Below are positions 1 to 11,020 of a stretch of DNA of 64,000 bases, one piece after another. Position 1 is the first letter of the stretch. The number at the start of each line of letters is the position of its first letter. A program made the position numbers and the translations under genes. Under the pieces are notes generated by a model, which saw nothing but the letters and a program-made list of their open reading frames with translations, was not told the origin of the DNA and made no database searches. Location of the stretch: assembly GCA_023920165.1 (NCBI GenBank), contig CP089274.1:1116001-1180000 (forward strand), read 5' to 3'. This DNA is from Curvularia clavata. Taxonomy: Eukaryota.

Positions 1-326
1 CGGTGCTCCTGTGCGAAAGACACCAGAGTACACTTTCATTCAACTTCTTGTCATCCGGTTGAAAGAACAGGGTACAGATGTAAGTGACTATCTCCTCTCC
101 ATTCTCTCTTCTTCCCTTCTTTTCCAATTATAAGACTGGCGAGATGGAAGTTTGCTAACGAAAAAAAAAGATTCTTGTTTCGATAAACAGCCCGCATTAT
201 CCTGGGGAGTATGTCCCAGCTGCTGCGCCGGGCGAGGAGACGCAGTTGATCCGTGAAGCCAAGGGAATGAAGGACAAGGTGCTAGAAAGTTTTGAGATCA
301 AGGAGTGGGGTTTGTTTGATGGTTGA
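1..326 (+). CDS. MOG1: Ran-binding protein Mog1-like, 3' end only (intron 80..170)
   Basis: Spliced translation ...FIQLLVIRLKEQGTD|ILVSINSPHYPG...VLESFEIKEWGLFDG* matches the Mog1 C-terminal pattern (RL..TD.LV.IN.P ... W.LF). Intron is GTAAGT...GCTAAC...AG. Confidence 0.75.
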
Positions 327-960
327 AGATGGGGCGGAAGAGGTTTGGATCAATGATAGTTAGGTAGGTAGGAATGGGGAAGAGATGAAGAAATAAGATA
401 GAATAGACTAAATCAAATATCACAGCACATTAAACTGCAATTCCAGTTGGACCTCATACATGTATTCATGTCTTTTTCCTTCTTTCATGGCCCGTTTTAC
501 ACGAGCATATCTCAGTATAGCCACCCTCACTCACAACGAGTAAGACGCGAAAACAAAGATACCAAGCTCACCTGCGAGGAAAAGCTATCGATACAATACA
601 CGATAAACAACTGTGACAAATATAGCTACATTCCAAAGCAGATTTGCCATTTTCCGGTTGACCGGTCGTAAGAAAGATAATTTTTTTACAAGTAATTTTT
701 CTGCGCCATAGTACTACCACAACAGTTTCGTTCATCGTGAAGAAAAGCACTCTGGGTATATGCCCTCATTCCCTCATCCTTTCAAGAATTCTTTCCCAGA
801 TGCACCCACCAGTCTATATTCACTTATCCCCCACATACGCCATGGTATCTTGTAAAATATCTGAACAACAACAAACACCATCACATGCTTATACCCATTT
901 TCTCGATCCAATCTTCGTGGCATTCCATCTTCTGCTGTCTGCTTCTCGACTCCATCCATA

Positions 961-2435
961 TCACCGCCTCGTCCGAGTTTCATCCGCACGCGATACACCA
1001 TTCACAGGTTGAGCAGCGAGAAAAGGCGACGGGGGAAGCTCAGCTGGTGTGCCAGTCGCTTGGATGTCTTGCATTAGCGCAGGGTCAACCGGCATGTCGA
1101 AAGTGTTTTGCTGTTGCGGAGAATAGTGCTGATAGACATGTGCAGAGTGGGAGGCTGTGAGTGGCATCTGAGTCGACGGAAGATCAGGAGGAGGCGCAGG
1201 AGGTTGCGAAGGAGAGAAAACAGTAGGTGGTGTCGGCGTGAGCGTCTTCTGCGCAGCAAAGGCAGACGCTGATCGTGCTTCTGCGCGCGCCTGGTTCTGG
1301 CCCTGTCGCATGGCTGATAAACCCTTGTTCATCTCGCTGCACTCAGGACAGTTTCTGATGACTTGACTGACAGTCTCTTTGATGCGGACCCAGTGGTAGA
1401 GCTCGGCAATGGCCGCAGTAGTCTTGTTGATGCCGCCATGTTGCTTGTGATGTATTTCCTGGGCAATCTCATACTGCTGCTTCGGGTCGGCAATCACCTC
1501 CTTGCCTTTGAGCCACAGCTTCTCGGGTTCGTTGTCGTTGCCAGGCGTCAGCTTGTAGTGGGTCGCAGCGCTACGAAGACGGCTCTTTTCTGCTCGGTCG
1601 GCGCCGTTGGGGTACTTCCCATTCTTGAGGTAGAAACGGATCTTGTCGAACCGCTCTTCCGACACGAACTCATCATCCTGACCCAAGTCTCGACCGTAGA
1701 TGATGGCGTCGACGAGTTCGCCCGGATACGACTTCAGATTACCGCATCCCTTTACGCGACCGATGCGCTTGAAGCCAAGTCCATCCCATATGCGACAGGA
1801 CGCAACATTGGTCTCGTAGACAAGATTGAAGACGGAATAGGTATAACCCTAGGCTTGTTAGGGCAACTTCTGCGCATCTCTCGACTGTGCAAACCTACCA
1901 GCTTCGGAGCCCAGTCCAAATACGTCTCGCCCATTAACCGACCAACACCACGATTCCGCGACGCATCTGTAACAAGGAAGCCGCCGTTGCAGACATGGCT
2001 CGACCGCCCGGGATAATTTGGTTTAATATAGAAACTTCCCAGACATTCCCTCTCCCAATCACAGCCTCGCCGGGCCATCTCGTGGAGCTCGCGACCGTCC
2101 TGAATTTCTCCCAGCAGCATAATAGCACCGAAGACACCGAACCAGTACGGGCCGAAGTTGTCAAGAGGCAGTGGTTCGACGACGGGATACGTATCGCCCT
2201 TTTCAATCTCGCGACCAAGCTGATCGCACAAGTATGCCAGCAGCGTAAGAGGCACTTGGTTGGGCGCAGAAAATGGTATGATTGTTGCGGTTGTAACGCG
2301 GTCGCGCAGAGTGACTTGACATGGCGCAATGCCTACAGGAAGAGGTCCACCAGGCGGAGGATACGGCACATCGCCTGAGGTTCGATATATCACAGGCGCG
2401 CTTGGATCGTCCACCATCGCAGGTATCGCAGGCAT
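961..2435 (-). CDS. SPT10: Spt10-like GNAT acetyltransferase / histone-gene activator (intron 1849..1898)
   Basis: GNAT domain GSFYIKPNYPGRSSHVCNGGFLV...RNRGVGRLMG...WAPKL|GYTYSVFNLVYETN is followed by an H2C2 zinc motif HHKQHGGINKT...YHW...VIRNCPEC. Splicing joins ORFs 1752..2684 and 961..1686. ATG at 2435 (MPAIPAMVDDP). Confidence 0.9.
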
Positions 2436-2749
2436 GGCGGGCAGGTGGGGGAGGAGGGGAGAAGGGAGGGTGGGTGTAGTTTTCTGTCGCGCGCAATCAG
2501 CATTGTGGGGGGGTTTGAAAATATCAAGGTAAATGGAAAAGTGAGGCAGTCGCAGCATAAAATGCCCGGTGCGCAGAGTTGGGCGCCATGTTGGGCAAAG
2601 ACATGGACACGCCGACACAATGACGTTTATGGTGTAGGACTCACTTAGCAGTTCCTGAGGGCGAGGGGCCCTAGAGATAGTCAAGCAGGATGAGAGATAC
2701 TGCCGTGATGTGGTGCTCGCGCTGGGTGCCTGGCTGAGCCCCGCTAGCG

Positions 2750-3300
2750 CTTGGAGTTAGAATGACCAATCAGGGCAGCTATGGGTTCAATATTCATAGA
2801 CCCGAGATACTTTTGCATGGAAAACTCGAGGTTTTGCTACGTATTGAGAACCTCATCTTAAAATGCCTGCGTTTGATCGAACAGTATAGGTTTTTTATTA
2901 TCCTACATCATAGCAATGAATCTTCCATTATTGCCCAAGATATCGATGACCTTGTAATGGCTTCTAGATCCTAGTCTGCCTCTTTATTATCTCCTTCAAG
3001 GTCTGCAAAGTGTTCACTAATCTTTCGATGGTCGGAGTAGAAGGGTTGAGTGGTAAAGCTTGTATTCTAGACGTGTTGCAATGATCGGCCAGAGAAACAC
3101 TTTCCAAGACTTTGTTAATGTCCAGGCCTGGCAGTATCTCTTTCGAAAAAGATATTGGCATGATAACCACAAGATTTGTTATTACAAGTTGGCAGAAGCA
3201 AGGACGCTTTTCCCACAGACAAGAACTACCAAGAAGGTCCTTTCTTTCTAACAAATAAGTCTGAGGAATCATCGCTAAAAGGGGGTGCATTTTATACAAT
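2750..3300 (-). pseudogene. Possible degenerate gene relic
   Basis: Protein-like reading (ILPGLDINKVLES...LKEIIKRQTRI*, then after a frameshift YKVIDILGNNGRFIAMM*DNKKPILFDQTQAF*DEVLNT*QNLEFSMQKYLG). The stops are TAG/TAA that revert to Gln by one C>T change. No family recognised. Confidence 0.3.
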
Positions 3301-3436
3301 TAACAACTTTGTCAACACTCAAGAATGAAAACGTGCTCGTCAAAACCCCGGCACAGAGATCACAAGCATACTAGAACTGTTGTTTGCTTCTTATAGTAGT
3401 GTAATATTCCTATGCAATCTTAGAGCACAGTTATTG

Positions 3437-3895
3437 CTACCGCTTACTATGCTTCTCCTTGATATTAGAACCAAAGACATTGAGCTGCGCTCGGCTCCCT
3501 CTTTCTACAGGTCTCAAGTCCGGGTCTGTGTTCTTCTTTTCAGCCTCTCGTCTCGCCTTACGGTCTCGCCATCGCTCGCGCCAGGACATGGCTTTCAGGC
3601 GCTCATCTTCTGCGCGCTGCTCGGCCGTCACTGGCGCACATACGGCTTGGATTCTGGCCGCGGTCGCCTCGTTGCTCGTTACTCTCTTCTGGGCTGTCTT
3701 GGTCTCCCAGAATGGCGGCGGCAGATTCTTGATGTAGTCGGCATAGGATTCTTTGGCCGTTTGTGGTTCCCGACTTGTTTGTATTTCTTGGGGTGCTATA
3801 GGATCTTTCGGATTTGTATCATGTAGGTTTGAGTGGGCGCCTGAGGTCTCCTGTTTGAGGTCGGCAGTCGCATTGTGGATATCCTCAGGGGGCAT
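3437..3895 (-). CDS. Hypothetical small hydrophilic protein (~152 aa)
   Basis: Uninterrupted ORF from ATG 3895 (MPPEDIHNA) with protein-like composition and a basic helical segment (MSWRERWRDRKARREAEKK). No domain recognised. Confidence 0.55.
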   Translation of the reverse strand: MPPEDIHNATADLKQETSGAHSNLHDTNPKDPIAPQEIQTSREPQTAKESYADYIKNLPPPFWETKTAQKRVTSNEATAARIQAVCAPVTAEQRAEDERLKAMSWRERWRDRKARREAEKKNTDPDLRPVERGSRAQLNVFGSNIKEKHSKR

Positions 3896-4600
3896 ATCGA
3901 ATGATTTCAAAAAGGTCGCGAGCGGAGAAAATATTGAACGATTGCCTTAGATTACAGGTTTGTTCTGCGTATCATTGTTTTGGAAGGAAGCCTGGAGCGG
4001 GGCTGCGCTGCGAAACCTCTTGCAGAAGGCCTAATGCACATGTCAGCAGTTCTCTCGATAAATCTGGTCATCCTATCATATCACGAGAAGGCTGACGCAC
4101 AGCTACAAGCCGCTGACCACGACAGAGTAAAGCTGTGGCAAATTATGCTGTGGAATATTTGTCGCTCTCTAGAAATCATGGTTAAACACCAAAGTACCTG
4201 TCCTTTGCCCCGCTTTAGTGTATCGCGTCACAACCCAGAATATCATCGAGTAGGCTGGTTATGTGAAACATGGAGTCGAGCATAAAGTCAGGCATCGCAT
4301 CACTCGCATGAGTAAACCTTTTGTTTTGAAAAAGAAGGATTGGATTGCGACATAACGCCATGCAATGGTAAAACGTTATCCTACAAACATGGACAATGCA
4401 GGACAGTAACCAACAGCCTTGGGGATATCAATAATAATTTGTACAAATGAAACAACGCAAGGTTAACCTTTCGTTGGGGCGACGCACATGGGAAAGGTAT
4501 TATGTAAGGTAACAAAAATGAAAATAGTCCTTCATTCACACGCACACCTATTGTCTGGATCTGTATTGATCTAAACCCTTTCTCTAGCAAATCCAGCCAT

Positions 4601-6918
4601 TTAGTGAGGGGCCATTGCAGAGTACAGGAAGTTGCCCGCCTCGTCGACATACTCAATGGTCTGCTTGGTGTAGCAGTAGCCTGACTCTTGCCATGGCAGA
4701 GATGGCTTGCCGGCAGAGCCGTAGTTGGGCGAAGTGTATCCAGGCTGGCTGTTTCCAGAACCGCTGGGCTGGCCGTAAGAAGGTTCGCTAGGCTGGTCAT
4801 AACCCTGTCCCTCGGGCATCGGGGTGTCGAGGGGAGTAAGGGTATATGTGAAAGGCTTGCCAGCGGGCAGGTGCTCAGTAGCCTTGGGAAGAACCGTGTA
4901 AGGAGCGCTGAGGTCAGGGAGCTCGTTGTCAGAGGCAGCGGGCTTGGCCTTGTTGCACTTGACGCTGATGTGGAGGTTGGGGAGGGAGTCAGCGTCGATT
5001 TCACCGTTGACACCGACGATCTTGTAGTAGAGGTTCTCCTTGAGGTAAGGCTCAATGTGCTCTGGGGTAAGGTCCTTGAGCTCACCAGCGGCCTGCTTGC
5101 CCTGGAGACAAGAGGTCAAGGTCAGGGAGCCCTCAGTCATGACGGGCTGGGAAGCGTTGGAGCCACCGGCCATCATGCCGCCAAGGATACCGTAGGAACC
5201 GACATAGTTGGGAGCCTGGGTGTAATCGGAGCTTGGGTCGTAAGGAGCCTCACCGTCGCTGCCAGCTACGCCAGTGCCGTATGGGGCGCTAGCGGAGGTA
5301 GTCGAGTTGGCGGTGATGGGGTAAGGAGCAGTCGAGTTGGTAGTCGAGTTGCTGGGCTTGCCAACGAAGCAGTGAACAGTGTAAGAGCCCTGAAGAGCGT
5401 ACTTGTCGGCAACGACGGAAAGAATGGTGTGGTACTCGCCCTCCTTAATCGGGCGACCCATGTACTGGCCAGTTGGGGAGAGATTGTCATCACGCTTGCG
5501 CATGGACCTAACACCTGCACCGTAGAGCGAGTTGATGGAACGGACAACCTCGTCGCGAGAGTTTGAGCTGGTGTCGGGGTAGTAGTATCCAAGGGTGCGG
5601 GTCTCGTAGACATCTTGCGAGGTGTAGTAGTTACCAGAAGCGTCCTTGGTGAAAGGCTTCAGAGGAGTATATGCGTTCTTGGGCTCGCCCTGGTTCCACT
5701 GAGCCATGGGGCGCATGACATTGCCGTTGGCGACGTAGGTGTTGGGAGTGACGAGCTGGAGCATGGCAAGAAGACGATCGATATTGCAGTGGTGGAGCCA
5801 GAAGACAGGGTCGAAAGCAGCGACATCGAGATAGGCCATGTGGCCGCCACTGTCACCACCAGCTAAGGTGTGGATGAGATCGTGGACAGACTCAATGCTG
5901 TCGACGCCGCCGCCGCTCAGAGCAGTGCGGACACCGATGGCAGAAGTGCTGGCAGCACCCCAGTTAGGGTTGCTGGAGAAGAGGGCAAAGATACGGTCAC
6001 GGATAGAAATGCGGGAAGAGGTGAAACGAGCGTTCATCTCGTTGTTGTTGCTACGGGTAGGGTTGGAGACCGGGCGACGAAGGGTCTCGGGCCAGTTGTT
6101 CCATGGACCTCCGCCCATCTCAGAAGGAAGCGAGTTACCCCAGCTGTACTTGTAGAGCGGGTTGGGGATGGTAACGGTGCCCTGTGGCTTGGTGACCCTG
6201 ACAGTCTGGTCGCGGATTTGTGTGGGGACGACAGGGCCGCCGGCTGGGTCCCTGGCGTAGTCCCAGAAAGGCATACGGAGAGTAGAAGCAGCGTTGAAGA
6301 GACGTTGCTGCTGGTTAGCAGGGAATTCCCGAATGACCTCGAGAACGGCCTGGTACCAAGCTTGCTGTAACAAACTTGTCAGTTGCAATAAAAACATGGT
6401 CTATCAAGAAGACGTACCTCGTAAGCAGCAAGGTAGGGCCTATGCCAGGAACCGAAGAGGGTCATGCTGTGAGGGCAGAAACCAGCGTTGTTAACAAGAG
6501 GAGAAGGGAAGCCGTTCCAGCTGACGAAAGGACGGCCGTGAACACCAGAGACCTGGTAGAAGGACAGGACTTCACGCTTGTCCTTGGCCATGAACCTCTC
6601 CATACCGAGCAGGTAAAGGTTCCACTGGTCGGCGTTGCGGGCCAAGTCGCGGATCTCGAGACGGGGCGCAGCAGTGCTTCCGCCATTGCACTCTCCATTG
6701 GAAGCGTAACCAGCGCTGCAGACTCCTTTGATGGGAATGGCGTTTCTCGACTGGCGTTTCTGAAGCTCTCCCTCAATCTCGTGGAGATGGCGCTCAATCA
6801 GAGCGGGGTTGACATGGGGGTGGTGGGCGCCGTGCTGGAAGGCAACGGTGAACTGAAGAACAGACAAGAAGGCAAAGAGCATGCTCATCATGCCCGCGGG
6901 CTTGCTGAAGTTGGCCAT
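4601..6918 (-). CDS. Secreted tyrosinase / type-3 copper oxidase with C-terminal domain (intron 6365..6417)
   Basis: Signal-peptide-like N-terminus; RLEIRDL motif; CuA GVHGRP...FCPH...F.SWHRPYL; RMPFWDYA; PNPLYKY; CuB ESVHDLIH...GHM...AAFDPVFWLHHCNIDRL. Confidence 0.95.
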
Positions 6919-9900
6919 GGTGGGCGGACGGGGATGCTTTGCTGGATATGTGGGTTTAAAAGACTGGAAAGGCCGGAGGCCAGAAGGAGAGACAGGTTTC
7001 CAGAGGCGAAGAATGGAGCGGTGTGAATTACAAGATGAAGGCTAATGAGCGTAACGACCACTTGGACACGGAGCCAAAAGGTCAAAGAGAAAAAAGGAAG
7101 TGCTGTTCAGAAACCTCGACGTCGGAGACAACGAGGAATCAGAGGGGCGGCGTGTCGGGGGACAAGGGGGCGGGCGTGCGGCTGCATGATATATCGAGGT
7201 ATTCGTCTTTTTAGTCCATGCTCGACTGGGCGAGGGACCCGGCTCTTGGTGGCCCATTTGGACGCGAAGCGCTCGAGGGGGGAGTAGATTCGTCGTGTCG
7301 ATGGTCCATGACAGAGGCCACGGCGCGTGATTGGCCCAGACGGCGCGCTCAGTGGACTAGGTGGATCGCCCCAGCCTGTCCCGAAACGACGCTCGACGAC
7401 CGATCTGCACGGGCTGCCCCTGACTTGGCTGCAACCGGGCAAGCCAGCGCGCGCCAGGGCCAAGAGGCCGTTGACTGCTAGTGCCTGGGGGAGAGAAGCG
7501 AAGGGGCCGTGGTGCTGGCATGGCTATTCGGTCGACATCTCAGGCGGTAGTCGACTGATGCGAGATGGGCTTAGTCGGCGGCATGGCGGAGCGCGACTGA
7601 GGACGGGCGCGTGCCACGGCGATGAAAGACTACGACAGAAAAGTGGATGAGGAGAGAAAAGAAGAGAGCAAGACGACGGGGCGAACGAGTCAAGCGACGC
7701 CGCCTGCACCGCCACGCCACCATCACCACCTCTCCCACCAGCACCTCGAATGGCTCTGCACACGCCCCCAATACAGCACCACGCGCCCGTCCTAGGCCCC
7801 TTTGAGCCGTTTCCTCCTCCATGGCCCATCCCAGCAACCGTTCGCCAGCTGCGCGCACATGCAGTCCACCCCCCGCGACCGCAATCCTAATGGCCGACCG
7901 TCTTCATCTCAATGCGCCGCTCATTGTCTGCTTTGAGGAATCACCCGTCATGCTGCCATGCTGCCCATGTTCTGCCGCTACGTCCCCACTGCTCGCTTCT
8001 TCTGTACTCCTCTCCTCTCGCTAGCCTGCGGCCTTTTTCCAGAAACGATTTCGCCCTTGTTTCACCATGTTTCTCGCTGCTCTCCACCCGTCGCCGGCAG
8101 TAGCTCCTCTCTCTCCTCGCCCACAGCCTGTTTCACCAATCCTATTTTTTGCACATCATCAAGGCTTGGTCTGCTCAAGCTTTTTCCCGTCTGTGGAGAT
8201 GTTTTATCGATACAATAGTATCTACACGCCTCAACAAGCTGGCCGAGACGTGCCCGCTTTCCTACTTGGTGCCCATGTTCCAAACCCGTCTCCCAGCGCT
8301 GTCGGGTGGGCTTAGCTCACCTGTTCTGGGCCACTTTTTGTGTCGACTCTTGCCGGATATAGTACGCCAGGTCACTCAACGCGCGTTGCGCCACGCACGT
8401 CTCGGCACCCACCAAAAATGCGGTTTCACATGAACTATCCTCTTCCGCAAGAAACAAAGTTGCTGCCGTCAGGGCCCAGCACCAAGTAGTACATCGACAT
8501 TTGCCATGCCAATTGCCTTGTGGTACACTGCCTTCTCATCGGTACCGTCTTTCTTCAGCATTCTCGATTCCTTCATATCCCGCTAGAACATATAACCGTC
8601 GCCAAAACAAACTTCATCCCGGATGGCTGGTGTCATTTCTGGGCTTGCCAGCCAACCATCCGAGTGGCGAAGAAGAAAAAAAATAGCATTATCGTTCCCG
8701 CCATCGTCATCCTTGGCTCTCAACGTAGACTTTTCTAGAGTATTGGAATTCAGTGCCAGCCTCACAAAAAAACCGAAAAGGTCGTTCCACACATTTCTCT
8801 CAACATGGTGTGCTTACGTACGAGGGGACCATCACCATGTCGTTACCTCGTACCCATGCTCGCATCCCAGCGCGGTGTCGACATCCCGAAGTGCCCGCGC
8901 AAACTTATTGCGCAGGACTTCCACCATAATTGGGAGTGGGGTCTAGCCCCAACATAGACATAGGTCACTTGTACAGATCCTCGGCTCACCCTGAACTAGC
9001 TCCATCTTTGCGTTTCAAACGTGACAAACTAACATCTAGTGACTGCGACGACCGTGGAAATACAGTTTTCAGCCTCTGGCTCCAAAACTCTCTTTGCCTA
9101 GGCCCCCTAGTCTTGTTGTGTTACCTGCAGCTAAGCGACAAAGCGGCCGGTCCGGCGATTCGGAAGGCAGGGGACCGTAAAGTCCCCGGCCTGACCCGCG
9201 TCCTTGGATACGAGCGCTTTCTCAGCGCATCTTTCTTGCATACCAACCCGGTCGTCAGCTTACGTTCATAGGGCCCCAGTTCGTATACTGCATGAAATTG
9301 ACGTTTCAAACTTGCAGATAAAGTGGTGAGTATTCCCATGTCATGTGATCCCATTCCAGTCGCGGGATTAGACTAGGCCAGAAACAGCACAGCGAAAGGC
9401 CCGAAATGACAAACTCAATGCTCAAGCCACAATCCCGGCTGCTGTGTGTTGATACGCATAGCACTCGGAGTGCCAAGTATCCAGACAGGAGCGCCGAGCT
9501 GCACTATTGTCCAGCTCCAAGCCACTCCTCGAGTCGGGTAGATGATTCTCTTGGGACGGCCCCTGGATACACACCACGAATAGCTCTTCGATGTACATTG
9601 ACGCGCAATAGATTGAGCTGGCATTGACTCTCCTCTACTGTGTGCACAGCAGCGTCAGCACAGAGGCCTCGGAAAAAAAAATCCTGTTCAAATCTATAAT
9701 ACCCTCCGTCAAACATTCCGCCTCGGGAATCATATCAGCTTGTCTATTGATTTCTCCTATTTAATACCCAAACAATTTCCTAGAACCGCATTAACTAAAT
9801 ATAACCAGTGCACATATATGGATAGCATAACTTCTTTGGCTTATCCTAGCCTTGTGCACCAATCCCATCACGCCACTCATGTATGTGTATTCAATATTGA

Positions 9901-10540
9901 TTGCTCAATCTGTTCCTCGAGAGCCTAGAAGTCGATATGGGTGTATCGCCTGTGCGTCCAGAAAACAACTGGTATATAAACAGACCATGAGAGAACTAAC
10001 GATACAAGAGCATACGACACCATCGCTACTTTACCACAGTAAAGCCAGCGATAACAAATCTTTCTCAAGCTGCCCATGACCGTATCAGCAACCATTCCAC
10101 TTGCCATAGCGAAGCAAATGACAAGACTTCTTCTAATAACGATCCCTACAGTAAGAGTGCTACGAAGGCTATACTTTACCAGCACCACGATACCACGTGA
10201 GTCAGACAAGGAAGGGAATCACAATACTAGAATGTTCATACCACGACACACGCCGCCATGATAAAAGTTTCAAACCCCTTTCTAGCAATTCGCCACTACA
10301 GGAAACGCGCTGAGAAAAAATTTCCTCTTCTAGCAACACAATACCGCATCAAGGACAGTATATGAAGACTGTATGCTCTTTAACAACGGAGTATATCTCA
10401 CCTTGATACTGAACATAACCTTATGTGTAATAAACCAGACCTAAGAAAAACCCTCCCGCTTAGTAAGAAAGATAAGGTGCTAGACATATTCACCGAGTTT
10501 TTGAAAAGAACCAGTAAAAACAGGAAGAATAGTAAGTGCA

Positions 10541-10672
10541 TAAATAAATAAATAAATGAAGGAATAAACGAATGTATAATCCACTAATCTCACCACCAAA
10601 GACCCATACATCCCAACCACCTAATTTCCCAAAAGCTGATACAAAGGGAAAGAGAGACAGAGAGAGAGAGAG
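10541..10672. repeat. Simple repeats (TAAA)4 at 10541..10556 and imperfect (AG)n at 10651..10672, in the BCK1 3' region
   Basis: Directly visible: taaataaataaataaa and agagagacagagagagagagag. Confidence 0.8.
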
Positions 10673-11020
10673 CGCGCAAGAAAAAAAGCAGCAGAGAATG
10701 CCATAATAAAGTTCAAGGTAAAAAAGATAAAGAAAGTGGGTATATAACCAACACAACGACAACGACAGCAAAACCTTTTTTTTCCTCCCTGTTCAATTCC
10801 CGCCATGGTTTCGACGTATCTTTTGATAAGGTCCTGTGTTCTCCAGCAGCAAAAAACTCACTTTAACCTTTTTTGTTTTCTTCTCACTGCCACGAAAGGT
10901 GTCTTTTTCCCCTTTGTCCACAAAGAATTGAAAAAGCAAGAGCCAAAAAGTGTATCTCTCTCCCTCTTTGCTAACCCTTTCTATTCGACCCTATCACCTC
11001 GCCGAGTCTTTTCTCCAAGT

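Noticed and set aside
1330..1500. Integrase-like H2C2 zinc motif suggesting a retrotransposon
   Set aside because: It is spliced in frame to the GNAT domain, which is the normal Spt10 architecture; no reverse transcriptase or integrase core is nearby.
4381..7026. Long overlapping and antisense ORFs over the tyrosinase (likewise over DHH1, VTS1, ADE12, BCK1)
   Set aside because: Expected shadows of GC3-biased coding sequence; no motifs of their own.
9177..9192. AAAGTCCCCGG resembling the 5' P4 strand of RNase MRP RNA
   Set aside because: No matching 3' P4 strand (GGGGCT-type) seen in the next few hundred bases; the tract has a local partner instead.
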